Of a stretch of 64,000 bases of DNA, positions 50,675 through 64,000 are shown piece by piece. The notes beneath the pieces are model-generated. The model saw nothing but the letters and a program-made list of their open reading frames with translations, searched no databases and was not told the origin of the DNA. Numbering within the stretch: the first letter of the stretch is position 1; the number at the start of each line of letters is the position of its first letter. Made by a program: the position numbers and the translations under genes. Origin of the DNA: Lingula anatina (Eukaryota > Animalia > Brachiopoda); the NCBI GenBank assembly GCA_051362555.1, contig CM120646.1, positions 10,416,001-10,480,000 of the forward strand. The letters run 5' to 3'.

Positions 50675-53600
50675 TAAAATCAATAAATCTTGGACACATT
50701 ACTTGTCGTACGTCTGAATAACATGACAGACAAGAAGAAAATAGTTGCTCTTGAAAATGGACTTTAAGTAATGAAAATGCAAGATGACAGCTAGTAGATA
50801 GTACATGTGCATGCAATTTATTTGAAATTCTGACTTTTCAGTCCTAATGATTTAGATTATTTATAGCCAATAATCTGAGAAAATAAAATATTCAACAGAG
50901 AAATTGATTGCAATAAATCCTGCTCGTACCTGACTGCTTAATATTCACTGCAGCAAACCTCTCTACGACATCGTCGAGCTGATCAGTAGGGTCATCGTAA
51001 TCACATCCTGTGTACGCTTTTTTCTCGAGGCAGTACTTAAGGAAACTACACCAAAGAGAAGTTGAAAATAAAGAAAGAATTGCCTACTTTCTTTTGTCTT
51101 TCTGTATGGACTTTCATTCACAATAAAAGAAAGAATTGCCTAGTAGACACTATTTTGTCTGTCAGTTTGGAGTTTAATTTACATGTTTTTTAACTTTCCT
51201 TTTTTTTTCTATTTTTTTTTTCATTTAACAGTCTGTCTGAACTAAAATATGATAGCTTTCTCTTTTTAATCTTTCTATCCTCTGTTTTTTTTTTTTTGTC
51301 AGTCTGTCTGAACAAACATTAAAAATTTAATTTATGAACTTTATTAAATCCTTAACATTTCTTTTTTTGTTGGTATGTCTGTCTGTCTGAACAAGAGTTC
51401 TTAGAAACAATGAGATTAAATAAAGATTAAATAAAGGAAAAAAATTTTGAACCTAACATGGCTGATTTGTGTTTGGTTTGAAAAAGTCTTATAATTTGAT
51501 TGAACTTTTTTTGCTTACTGATCAAATAAATTAAAATAATTCACTTCACCTGTTCCAATGTTCATATTGCGAAAGAAGAAACGGATTCCTTACAACAATC
51601 AATAGGGCCTTTGCTCTTGTGATCGACACATTAAACCTCTGAAAAAAAAATTAATCCCACATGTAACTGTATGTGCGGGTGAACACTGAAGACAGTATAG
51701 TCTGAGACTAACTGTTCATATCTCTTCTGTGAATTCCGCATCACATGGCATAGTCTCTGCAGTGCCATAGTGGAAAGAAATGGTGATGAAAATAGTATGG
51801 ACTATAGCTGTTTAAATAACCTTACATTTCAAAATATGTGTGTGCACATCCACATGTACAAAGTCTTATGAATTATGTATTCACGCATGTACACATGCCA
51901 CAGCACAATCATGGTAATGACACTATCTTTTCAATGGGCAAAAATTATCAAACTTTCAAATGTATACCTTTATAAACACATAAAATATATAGTATTAGTG
52001 GTACTCTTACTGCACAGATTAGAACTATAGAGTAGCTTACTTTTTTATTCTGTTGTGACCATCCAATAGGAATTGGGTAGGAGTATCAAAATTTTAAAAA
52101 TTAATGGCCTAAAAAATACCGCATCTGTAAAATTCATGATTTCCCCCCCACTGAAAAAAATCAAGTTATTACCATATGCTGAGGTGGCACTAGCAATTTT
52201 TTCTAAAGCCAAATTACTACTTTTTCATCACTCTTTTCTCCAAAATGGTTTAAATTTGACTAAAATAAGTCAAATCAACCCTATTTTGTTTAGCCAATTG
52301 AAGTCAGTTTTAGCATTTGGCTTAACTGGGCAGTGTTAACTCTACCCCAGTTTGTGTGTCCACATGCATAAGTGTACAAATGACTGACCTTTGGGTTCTT
52401 TAAAAAGCCCAGCTTGAACTCTGCGTCCGGAGCCAGGTAATCGGGGTTACTCCTCACGGTGGACACCATGATGACCCGTCTCTCCTGACCCTGAAATTCC
52501 TCCACACTGCCCACCTTTATGTCCCGAAAGTTTTTCTTGAACAGCAGTTGCCTCAGTTTTTGAACCTGTGGAGAGAATAAAAAGGGATGTCTGTGCATTT
52601 ACAGGCCCGTAACCAGCAATTTCAAAAGGGGGGTTCTTTTTCTGAAAAAGTGGACCTTTTTCCATAAAAACTTCATGTACCTAGATCAAATTTTACCCAC
52701 AGTGGACCTTTTCCCAGCAAAAGTGGCAGTTCTTTAAAACCCCCGAACCCCCCCTGGCTACGTGCCTGATTTAATACTCATCCATTACATTCAGCATTTA
52801 CTTTATCTTATTTTACTAGTAGTTAGCCATAACTCTGAACAGGCAGCATATTGTTAGTACATTACATTATAACCAAGCTCAGGTGGATTAGTAATTGAAT
52901 TTGCCATGTGAGATGGGAGTGAGCAAATTCACCACAATTTTAATTTTAATTTTTTTAATTTTTCTTTATACTTTATCACATGTACACTTCTGTAGTTAAA
53001 GTAGGACTTTTCATAAGCCTAACAGTACCATATCTATAACATACTATTAACTCAGATGTATTGTGGCTGTACTTTAAGGTAAATGGAATGTTGGACCTTT
53101 AAAGAATGTTGACTACTGGCTCTTTAGAGCTACGCCACATTCTTAGAATCTATTGCCCTAACTCAACAAAAAGGCCCAGTTAATAATTGTAAACAAATTT
53201 GCAAAGTTTTACTAGGCAGCTTCAATTAATTGGCATTTGGCATGAAGCCCGATTTGATATTGCAAACTGTTGTTAGTAACTTGAAAAGGGAGAGGGACTG
53301 GGGAGGGGTTGCCTGTATTCATCATGGAATAAGCTCTGTCATATTTCCCTCACTTGTTTTCTGTAGGGGGAAATAATTCCAATTTCATTCTGCAAGACTC
53401 GGATGCCTCTGGCCTCCAGTAGCTTCTCCACATATCCCAACACAATAGTTGCTTCTTCTGGATTGAAGAATGATGGACTCCTTTCCTCCCTCATGTCCTC
53501 CCCAACCACTCCATGGAATACAAAGGGACACCCCATTTTTGGTAAATCTTCCCAGTTGCAGCGGGACTCCCTGGCAAGTCGGTCAGCACAGGCTTCTAGC

Positions 53601-53808
53601 TTGTTGTCGTAGAACTGTTCGTTTGGAAGCTTGAGGATAGCAGGACGTGATCTGTAGTTTTTGAGGAGTTTTGTAAGGAGGAATGGGTTGTAATGGCCTT
53701 GACGTTGGTACAGTACATCTTGATCGTCGTCATCTGAGCCAGGACTCGAACCACCCCTCTTCTTGTACACATCACAGTAGGTCATGTATCTTTCTAAGAG
53801 TGAGAGTC
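50537..53808 (-). CDS. MOV10: MOV10-like UPF1-family SF1 RNA helicase, last five coding exons (5' part not in window)
   Basis: complement join(53808-53354,52565-52389,51638-51550,51045-50930,50601-50537), phases consistent. SLLERYM, LLKNYRS, FHGVVGEDMREERSPSFFNPEEA, IGIISPYRKQV, KVGSVEEFQGQER, STVRS, LGFLKNPKRFNVSITRAKALLIVV, C-terminus EDPEWRGEA*. Confidence 0.93.
50930..51045 (-). CDS. MOV10: MOV10-like exon
   Basis: gtgtag|FLKYCLEKKAYTGCDY..IKQS|gtacga. Confidence 0.85.
51550..51638 (-). CDS. MOV10: MOV10-like exon (helicase motif VI)
   Basis: tttcag|RFNVSITRAKALLIVVRNPFLLSQYEHWN|gtgaag. Confidence 0.9.
52389..52565 (-). CDS. MOV10: MOV10-like exon
   Basis: ccacag|VQKLRQ..VEEFQGQER..FLKNPK|gtcagt. 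Confidence 0.93.
53354..53808 (-). CDS. MOV10: MOV10-like exon
   Basis: ttacag|GLSLLERYM..IISPYRKQ|gtgagg. Confidence 0.93.
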
Positions 53809-54569
53809 CTGTAAGACATTAAAATGATGAGACATTTCATATACATGTATAAATATATAAATGAAGTTATTCTTTATCAAAGAAACTAAATAACTATGAG
53901 GTTCAAAAGGTTTTAATTTCACCATTATATGTACAAAAGAGATGAAAGAGACATTTTGTCAATGCTTAAGTACAAAATCTCTACTACCACATGTAAAAGT
54001 ATTTCAGTGTTTGCAATTTTACCAGAGCTTATAGAACTACCAAAAAAAACTGATCCTTGTCAAAACCTAGTCCTAGTCAAAAGAAAGACTTTCTTTTGTC
54101 AAATTTAAAATTATTGAAGGAATAATTCTGGGCACATCCATAGCAGTAAAAATGTTTCATTAATTGCATTACCTTTTATTTTACTTAAATCTTAGAAGCA
54201 GAAATCACTGGTCAATAAAAAGCTTTTAGAATAAGTCCTACATGTATATGATTTTACCAGACTCTCAAACACCTTTGTAAATATTATAGTTAATCATAGT
54301 ACTTTTGTCCACAATTTTCAACTTCACTTTTCTTTTAGTCATAGTCTTATTTCATTTTTATTTAAGCCCGAGGTAGTAATGTAACTTCCCCTTTTAATGC
54401 ACTTCATAACACATACACTCACACACACTGGCAGATTAAAACTTTACTACTACTCATATTATCATTTTTATTATAATGGCTGTTGGGGGCATATTATTAT
54501 AATTAAATATATTAAAAACTATTATAATTATAATTATATATATTAAAAACTTATTTGCAATATAAAACA

Positions 54570-57500
54570 AAATTTACCTGCATAATTATCACTGCTTCCT
54601 TATTATTAATCCAGCAGAGAGCTTAACCTTTGGGAGTTTACAGGGAAATATCAACAAGTGTGCTTTATGTAATCTCATTTAATGGCCTATTAATTAGGCA
54701 AATGACTTTATAACTTTATAACTTAGCATATCTAATTTGTTCCATATTGAGACTGTTAACATGCCTAAGAATTAAATCTGAAGAAAAGCCACTTATATGC
54801 AAAAAGGCTAATAACTTCATCAAAACTTAACTGATCAAGCTTATTTTCAAACTTGATCTGTATATTAGTCAGACTGATCACTCCTGTAAGTTTCAAGACA
54901 AAAGGCTGATTGGTTTTCCTTAAAATGTGTTATCAGTGTTGCATATATGCTGAATAATGAAAAAAAAAACAGCATAACTTTAAATTTGTAAAAATAGTCC
55001 AATCAAGCCAATTTTCGAACTTGACCTGTGTATTATGAATGTTCATCAGTTCTGTAAGTTTCAAGCCAAAAGGTAAAATGGTTTTCTACTTATCGTGTTA
55101 TCAGTGCTGCATATATGCTGAGAAAATGCAGAAAATGGTTCATTTTGTTAATTTTGATGCAATAATAAATCATGCCTACAATAGCACTGTCAATCAACAC
55201 TGAATTTTAATCATGCACAACAGGTGACATCGTCAATAACAGGAGCGGATCCAGAGATATTTTCTGACAGTATTCCAAATTATCTGTTGATCCATCCTAC
55301 TGGGAAATCTCAACGTGTGTTTTATGTAATCTTATTTAATGGGCACTTGGAAATTAATTAGGCAAATGATTTTATAGCTCTGAATTTAGCTTGTGACTAC
55401 CCCAAGGGACAATTACCACCATCCATAAACAGTAGTCCCATATAGCACTCTATAGAGCTGCATTGCTTCAGAAAACAATCACTCTGATTTTCCAACACAA
55501 ACTGCACGTCAGTCTTACAAAACTTTTCAGTAAGTTTGAGTATCATAAGTAACATGGTTTTTCCTTAATGGTCATTCCGGCAGCCATTTCCAAAATAGGG
55601 TTTTCTTCAACTTTTATGCAATATAACATAATGACCATCAATTTTTAATAATAAAATAAAAGTATCATGGATATACAGAAAATGTGACATGGAAAGGTCT
55701 TCAAGGCCATGGAAGTTCAGAGTCACACTTTCAAAATGCCAAAATGTACCTGTATACAAGAGATAACTGTATTGAATTGATTTTCTTCCATTTTCAACAC
55801 CTTTTTTCATATAACAAAGTAATCAATTTACTGTCATTTTTAAATGAACAACTGAGAAAATTGTTGACATAGGAAAAATATCAATAGAACAATTTTAAAT
55901 GTCCAGTTTGCACCATTCTGAGATTCTGAACATGGTGAATGATTGAATCTGACAAACTGTAAAGATATGAGTTTATTATTATTTCCATTTTTTGACACTT
56001 TATTACACAATTACAGGTTTACCATCTTTTTTATATAATCAACTAACAATATTGTAAAGATGCAGAAAATGTCAAAAGAACACCTTTACATATCTAATTA
56101 GTTCACAGATGAGATTGTTAACATGCCTAAGAATTAAATCAAAGGAAAAAACACTTATATACAAAAAAGGCATAACTTCACCAGAACTGAACCAATGGAG
56201 CTTATTTTCAAACTCCATCTGTATTTCAGTAAGACTGATCACCCCTGTAAATTTCAAGACAATTGGCCAATTGATTTTCCTTGAAATGCGTTATCGGTAT
56301 TGCATACATGCTAAAAAAAGTGAAAAAACAGCAAAACTTCCATAAAATTGGTCCAATCACGCTGATTTTCAAACTTGACCTGTGTATTATGAATAGTCAT
56401 CAGTTCTGTAAGTTTCAAGCCAAAAGGTAAAACGGTTTTTCACTTATCGTGTTATCAGTGTTGCATATATGCTTTAAAAAATGAAAAAAGAGCATAACTT
56501 CCATAAAAATGGCCCGATCATGCTGATTTTCGAACTTGACCTGCGTATTATGTATATTCATTAGTTCCATAAGTTTCAAGCCAAAAGGTAAAAACGGTTT
56601 TTCACTTATCGTGTTATCGGTGTTGCATATATGCTGAAAAAAGTGAAAAAACAGCATAACTTCCATATAGATGGCCATATCATGCTGATTTTCGAACTTG
56701 ACCTGCATATTATGAAAGCTCATCAGTTCTGTAAGTTTCAAGCCAAAAGGTAAAACGGTTTTTCACTTATCATGTTATCGGTGGTCAAAGTGCACGGCGA
56801 CGACGACAGACGCAGGTGATGGCTATATGTACAGACACATCTGTGTCTGTACATAAAAATACAGAAAATGCACAGCACTTCTGGTGGATGGGAGTAAAAA
56901 ATCACACCTTGAAGATGCTAGTGTTTGAAAAATAATTTTAAAAAAATTTTAAATAAAACGTAAAAAATTCCAATAAAGCTGCTATTCAAACTTTTAATCT
57001 AGCTGTATTAACTTGATATTAATAACCCCACCAAGTTTGAGAAAAATAAAGCACTGTTATTCATCTATAGCATGTTGGCATAACACATTCTTTTTGTTGT
57101 AAATTTATTTGCAATGTTTAACACCATTTATCTGCACAATTATCACCAAATCCTAATTTTGTGACACAGTTAAAAGAGATAAACCTATGGGACTTTACAG
57201 GGAAATCTCAAGGAGTGTTTTATGTAATCTCATTTAATGGCCAATTGAAAATCAATGAGTAGGCAAATGACTTTATAGACTTAATTTAATTAGTGATCAC
57301 CCAAGGGACAATTTTATAGACTGCCATCCATACAGTACCATCATATAGCACAAAGGTGTTGCATACATGCTGAAAAAAGTGAAAAAACAGCATTACTTCC
57401 CTAAAAATGACCCGATCATGCTGATTTTCAAACTTGACCTGCGTATTACGAATATTCATCAGTTCTGTAAGTTTCAAGCCAAAAGAAACAAGGCAGCAAA

Positions 57501-60500
57501 GCTGTCAAATGTACAGACAAAAAAACAGAAAATAAAGATGCAAAAAAGGTCATTTTGTCAATTTTGATGCAATAATAAATAATGCTTATAATAGCACTGT
57601 CAGTCAACACTGAATTTTAATCATGCACAACAGGTAACATGGTCAATAACAGGAGCAGACCCTGAGATATTTTCTGACAGTATTCCAAAGTATCTATGTT
57701 GATCCATCCTCCATTTTGATGGTCTTCCAACAGAAAAAAATAGATACCAGTCAATATAAACTTAATAACCTGTCTTCCGAAAGACCCAGAAGATGGTCTC
57801 AATCCACCCCTTCAATAAGATTACAGTTTCAGGACCATGAGAGACCAATATCACATGATGAAAGTCTCAATATTTGAAATATGATGACAGTGCATAAAAT
57901 AATATTATATAATGTTTAAAGACATAAAAAACAATATAATTGCTTATGTGGAAATACAGAAAATGTGCAGAGCCTCGAGCGGATGAGAGTTAAAAGTCAC
58001 AAATGCAAGTGTTTGAGAAAAAATTGTAAAGGAAAACATAACAAAACTAGAAAACCACCGAGAGTGCAAACCTCTGCCAAGGCAGCAATTGTTGATTATT
58101 ATTGATTATTGATTGATTATTGAGCCAGACCACCACTAAAAACTAATCATTGTCCTCTTTGGCCCAATTCTGACAGTTCCTGAAAATTTCAGCAAAATCG
58201 GTCCATAACTTTTTGAGTTATGTTGATGACAGACAAACAGGGGTGAATATATATATATATATATAATAACCTGCATAATTATCACTGCTTCCTTATTATT
58301 AATCTAGCAGAGAGCTTAACTTTTGGGAGTTTACAAGGAAATATCAACAAGTGTGCTTTATGTAATCTCCTTTAATGGCCTATCAATTAGGCAAATGACT
58401 TTATAACTCAGAAATTAGCTAAGTGATACCCAAGGGATATTAACAGACTGACCATCTCAAAGGTCTTTCAGGCCCATAAGTCACATCTTAAGAAAAGCAC
58501 AAAACAATAATGCACAAAATAGGAGACTACCAATTCTGATGCAATAATACATTATGTTTTACTGCACAGTCAACATCAAATTTTAATTATGCACAACAGG
58601 TAACACCAACGAAAGGAAAAGCATAAGGCTTCAGGCTCATCAGAGTTCAAGTTTTTACTTAGAAAGTGCCAGAATGAGAAAAATGAAAATTTTACACAAA
58701 ATTGCATAAATTCAATAATAAATGATAACCCAATTGACCTGGCTTTCTAATTTGAACTGCATGCCAATCCTAAAAATCATACTTGTAAGTTAAAAATAAT
58801 AATAAGTAACACAGTTTTCTTTTCAGAATGTTTTGCAGTAGCAATGCAAAAATATTGTTGTCAATTTTGATGTAACATTACATAATAAATTATAGAATAA
58901 TTAGCACCAATTTTTGATTATTGACAATAAATAGCATGGACATGTAGAAAATTTGATCACCATTCGGCTTCATGTCCATGGGAGCTCCGAGTCCCACAAT
59001 GAATATGCCAAAAAGATAATGAATATTTCACTCAAATGTATAACTTCCAGAAAAAGAAGCCAATTAGACTGCTTTTCCAACTCATTCTGCATTTTAGTCC
59101 AGTGTTTCTTTTTTAAAGGTTTGACAGTCATAACACAGTTTTCCCATAATGGTCATCATGGCAGCACCACCAAAAATTGTGTTTTCTTCTATTTTGATGC
59201 AACATTACATAATGCTTAACAGTATAATGACCATCAATTTTTAATAATAGAATATTAGTAACATGGACATTCAGAAAACGTGACAAGCAAAGGTCTCAGG
59301 ATCTTGGAACTTCAAAGTCACACCTTGAAAATGCCAATAAGTGAAAAATTAAATTTTCACAAAAAACTGTTTAACTGCCAGAAAAAATTAACAAACAGAC
59401 TGCATTGCCTACTGAAGCTGTATTTTAGACCCATGTTTCTTTCCTGTAAGTTTGAGAACAGTAATTGACATGATTTTTGTTAAATGGTCATCATGAGAGC
59501 AGTGCCCAAAATAGGGGTTTCTTCAAATTTTGATGCAATTTTACATAATGTTTAACAGCATAATGACCATCAATTTTTAATTATGGGATATTAGTCACAT
59601 GAACATTCAGAAAACGTGACTAGCAAAGGTCTGCAGGCTCGTGGAACTTCAAAGTCACACCTTGAAAATGCCAATATGTGAAAAATTAAATTTTCACAAA
59701 AAACTGTTTAACTGCCAGAAAAAATTACCAAACAGACTGCATTGCCTACTGAAGCTGTATTTTAGCCCCATGTTTCTTTCCTGTAAGTTTGAAAACAGTA
59801 AGTGACATGGTTTTCCTTAAATGGTCATCATGGGAGCAGTGCCCAAAATAGGGGTTTCTTCAAATTTTGATGCAATATTACATAATGTTTAACAGCATAA
59901 TGACCATCAATTTTTAATAATGGGATATTAGTAACATGAACATTCAGAAAACGTGACTAGCAAAGGTCTGCAGGCTCATGGAACTTCAAAGTCACATCTT
60001 GAAAATGCCAAAATGTAAACAAGACAGCACTGTTCTGAAATGGGTTTATTTCCATTTTTAACATTTTTTTAACATAAAACAAAATAAACAGTTTGTTGCC
60101 ATTTTTATATGACCAACTGAGAAAATTGATGAGATGGGAAAAATATCAATAGAACAGTGTTAAATGTCCAATTTCCTCCATTATGAGATTCTGAACATAG
60201 TGGATGATTGATTCTGACAAACTGCAATGATGTGAGTTTATTTCCATTTTTGACACTATATTACACAATACATGATAACAAGTTTACCATCATTTTTACA
60301 TAATCAATTAACAATGTTGTAAAGATGCAGGAAATATCAAACAAACACTTCTACGTATCTTATTAGTTAAATAATGAGACTGTTAACATGCCTAAGAATT
60401 GAATCTGAGGAAATGTGAAAAAACAGCATAACTTCTAAAATAAAGACCCGATTATGCTGATTTTCGAACTCAACCTGCAATTTAGTTAGTTTGACCAATC

Positions 60501-62377
60501 CTGTGAGTATAATGACAATTGGCCTATCTGTTTTTCTTATATTGTGTTATCAGTGTTGCATATATGTTGAAAAAAGTGAAAAAACAGCATAACTTCCCTA
60601 AAAATGGCCTGATCATGCTGATTTTCGAACTTGACCTGCATATTATGAATATTCATCAGTTTTATAAATTTGAATACAAAATGTAAAACGGTATTCCACT
60701 TATCGTGTTATCGCTGAGTGCACAGCGACGACGGCGACGACAGACGCAGATGATGGCTATATGTACAGACACATCTGTGTCTGTACATAAAAAGTTTTCC
60801 ACTTATCGTGTTATCGGTAAAAGTGCAAGGCGACGGCAGCGACGAAGGCGACAGTGACGACAGACGCAGATGATGGCTATATGTTCAGACACATCTGTGT
60901 CTGTACATAAAAAGACAATCTTTTAAAAAAATTCTACAACAGTTGAGAAATACCCAATGTGCCGGGTATCTGGTTTACCCCAGCAGCAGAAATAAAAACA
61001 ACAAATAGGAGCATACTTTCATAACACCTTGAGAAGGTTCTGTACAAGATTTGCTTACCAATAACATTAATATATAAAACTCTTTAGCACTTAAAGGGAT
61101 AATTGGTCTTGCATTTTACATTTTTCATATTCAGCAGAAATAAAAACAACAAATAGGAGCATACTTTCATAACACCTTGAGAAGGTTCTGTACAAGATTT
61201 GCTTACCAATAACATTAATATATAAAACTCTTTAGTTTTATATATTAATATAGCACTTAAAGGGATAATTGGTCTTGCATTTTTACATTTTTCATATTCA
61301 GCAAAAGAGGTTGAAAACCCGAGATTTCCCCCAATATACTTTGATGCGCCTTCAAATAAAGGCAAATAAATAATTGATTTCTGTCCTATCCTTTGTTGCC
61401 TTTGCCTTGGACTAGTCAAACGATGGGTCCGACATGCTACCAACATTACCTTGTTCATTCAAAACAACATTAAAAAGTTCATTTCTTTAACTTTTGCAAA
61501 TTTATTTGGTACAAACAAAATTCACCTTCGTCTTCCCCACCTGCGAGCTCGTCTTGTCAGTGACGCGGAATTTACAATTTTTTTATACGGGCCAGCTGCT
61601 AATGTCATACACATTACGTACTGTATCGTATCAGACTAATCACATCCGTTTTAGTCTGATACCACATTTGAATATTCTGTCGTATGTAACAGAAATTTTG
61701 TAGGACGTAGATCATTCATCAAATGTCCTAAATAAGTTATTCATAAACTAAATTACTACCACCCTTGTTAACAAAAAAAAGAAGTCTGTTTACTGACAAC
61801 AATTATCAAATAAATCAAAACTTTCAATTTTATTCAGATTTGTTATATTCATTATACTAAATATGTAACATTTATATAAACAAGGCAGCAACGCTGTCAA
61901 ATGTACAGACAAAAGCCAGAAAATAAAAATGCAGAAAATAGGATACTGTCAATTCTGATGCACTAATGTATTATGCTTACTGTAACTGCATAGCCAACTT
62001 AAAATATAATTCTCCATATCAGTGGATTAGGATGAAAGTAAAATGTGTAACAAGCATTTGACTGAGTTCCCATACCTAGATCATTCTAACAGGATCAATC
62101 CAACTCCAAGGGGTTTCTCACTAATTTGCTTTCAGCTTAAGTGGCTTAGGACTCTGGCATGCCAGTTTCAGTAGGCATGACAGACAGCTAAGCCACTTAC
62201 ATTGATTGCAATTTAGCGAAAATTCCCTTGGAGATAGATCGATCCACAGTTAGCGTGATAGGGTCTGGAAATAGTCCCTAAGGCTTCAGGCTGATAAGAG
62301 TTAAACTTTGGAAATGCCAGAATGAGATAAAGTGAAAATTTCACAAACATAAAAAATTGCTTAAACTCAATTTAAAA

Positions 62378-62424
<47 letters not shown>

Positions 62425-64000
62425 AATAGAGCTGTTTTTCTAATTTGGGCTGTATGTCAATCCTAAGAATCATTCTTGTATAGAAAATGTTACAAAGTAA
62501 CAGTACAGGGCTCCTGGTGGATGGGAGTGATAAGTCACATATTGAAAATGCCAGTTTGAAAAATGAAAAATTAAAAAAGAAAAACTTACAAAAATATTCC
62601 ACTAAAGCTGCCATTCAGTCTAGCTGCATTACCATGATATGAATCATCCAACTTGAGTTTAAACAGTGTAAACAACTCACAGAAATATAATATATTTTGT
62701 TTTACCACAAAAAGGGCAGTCATAGCTATTATTCTGATATCTGAACTTGTCATCAGACCATGTGACCTCCATAGATGGCTATACTTTGTAATAATTTCTT
62801 AAGAGATTATAACAAAAAAAAAAAAAAAAAAAAAAAAAAAAACACTTTTAAGAAAAAAAATTAATTATTTGCCAAAAAGAACAGTTATTATCCCTTTAAC
62901 TGCAAAGTCAAGTTGCAAATATTGCACAACAGGTATTATCAATAAAAGTGAACTGTTACATGCCCTTGGGAGTTATAAGTCCCACATTGAAAATGCCAGT
63001 ATGTGAAGGATAAAAATCTCACAAAATGTACAACAGAATAACATGGTCAATAAGATTACAGTTTCAGGACCATATGTCAGAGTTCAAATTCACATAATGA
63101 AAATCCGAATATGTGAAAAATGATGACAGTGCATAAAATAATATATATCACACAATGTTTAAAGACATAAAAACCAACACAACTGCTAATGTGGAAAAAC
63201 AGAAAATACACAGTGCTTCTGGTAGATGGGAGTTGAAAGTGACATCTTGAAGATGCTAGTGTTTGAAAAATAATTAAAAGAAAATGTAATAAATAAATAA
63301 ATAAAGCTACTATTCATACTTTTGATCTAGCTGTATAATTACTGACATGATATGAATAACCCTATTGAGTTTGAGAATTTAATAATGCACTGTTATTCAT
63401 CTTTAGCATTAATGTAAGCCTTATACAAAGTTTTTCTTTTGTAAAATTATTTTCAATATTAAATAACATTTACCTGCATAATAATCATCAATTACTAATT
63501 ATGTGACACAGTTAAGAGAGCTAAACCTATGGGACTTTACAATGAAATCTCAACGTGTGTTTATGTAATCTCATTTAATGGCCACTTGAAAATAAATTAA
63601 GCAAAGTACTTTATAACCCTAAAATTACTTGAAAATTAATTAAGCAAATTAGTTTATAACCCTGCTGGCTATCCATATACATTTATTGCACCATATAGCA
63701 CTCTGTAGAACTGCATTGCTTCCAAAACAGAAAACAATCACACTGGTTTTCCAACACAAGCTGCACTTCAGTCTTATTAAACTTTTCAGTAAGTTTGAGT
63801 ATCATAAGTAATATGGTTTTCTCTTAATCGCTATCCTGGCAGTAGTGTCCAAAATAGGGTTTTCTTGAACTTTCATGCAATATAACATAATACTTAACAG
63901 CATAATGACCATCAATTAAAAAAAAAGTATCATGGATATTCAGAAAATGTGATATGGGAAGGTCTTCAAGGCCATGGAAGTTCAGAGTCACACTTTCAAA
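54570..64000 (-). repeat. Cluster of nested/tandem Helentron-associated (HINE-like) elements with shuffled internal modules
   Basis: Hairpin end atgtacagacacatctgtgtctgtacat at 56827, 60761 and 60881, preceded by (gac)n. Opposite end aacaaggcagcaaagctgtcaaatgtacagac at 57487 and 61879. Internal ~180-bp and ~355-bp tandem units. Confidence 0.75.
57487..60910 (-). mobile_element. Apparently two-ended HINE-like element (~3.4 kb)
   Basis: Subterminal inverted repeat atgtacagac/gtctgtacat at both ends, short stem-loop ggcagcaaagctgtc at one end, palindrome and microsatellite at the other, A/T-run flanks, no TSD. Confidence 0.65.

Noticed and set aside
52604-52768. hAT-like MITE (caggcccgtaaccag..ctggctacgtgcctg)
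   Set aside because: Ends are plausible but the 8-bp flanks do not match; ordinary intronic repeat.

Overview
AT-rich animal genomic DNA, probably an invertebrate; the repeat types suggest a mollusc or other lophotrochozoan (inference). Bases 1-14.3 kb are a nest of decayed transposons: a TTAA-flanked Kolobok-like element holding a Harbinger element, a Gypsy pol relic split by three insertions, and a full-length but frameshifted Tc1. Three protein-coding loci are supported: an 8-coding-exon arylsulfatase B-like gene (+, 15258-24042), a single-coding-exon secreted Tyr/Gly/Lys/Arg-rich protein (+, 31491-31799), and the last five exons of a MOV10-like helicase (-, 50537-53808), whose upstream intron is filled with Helentron/HINE-like repeats. 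The most unusual feature is an apparently non-coding, multi-exon minus-strand transcription unit at about 40.4-47.6 kb, built from three tandem-repeat systems. One of them is a 132-bp repeat in which each unit is a complete 52-nt exon plus an 80-nt GT-AG intron. A 35-bp remnant at 35814-35848 has the geometry of a P-element excision footprint. All gene models were read by eye, with no expression data or database searches.
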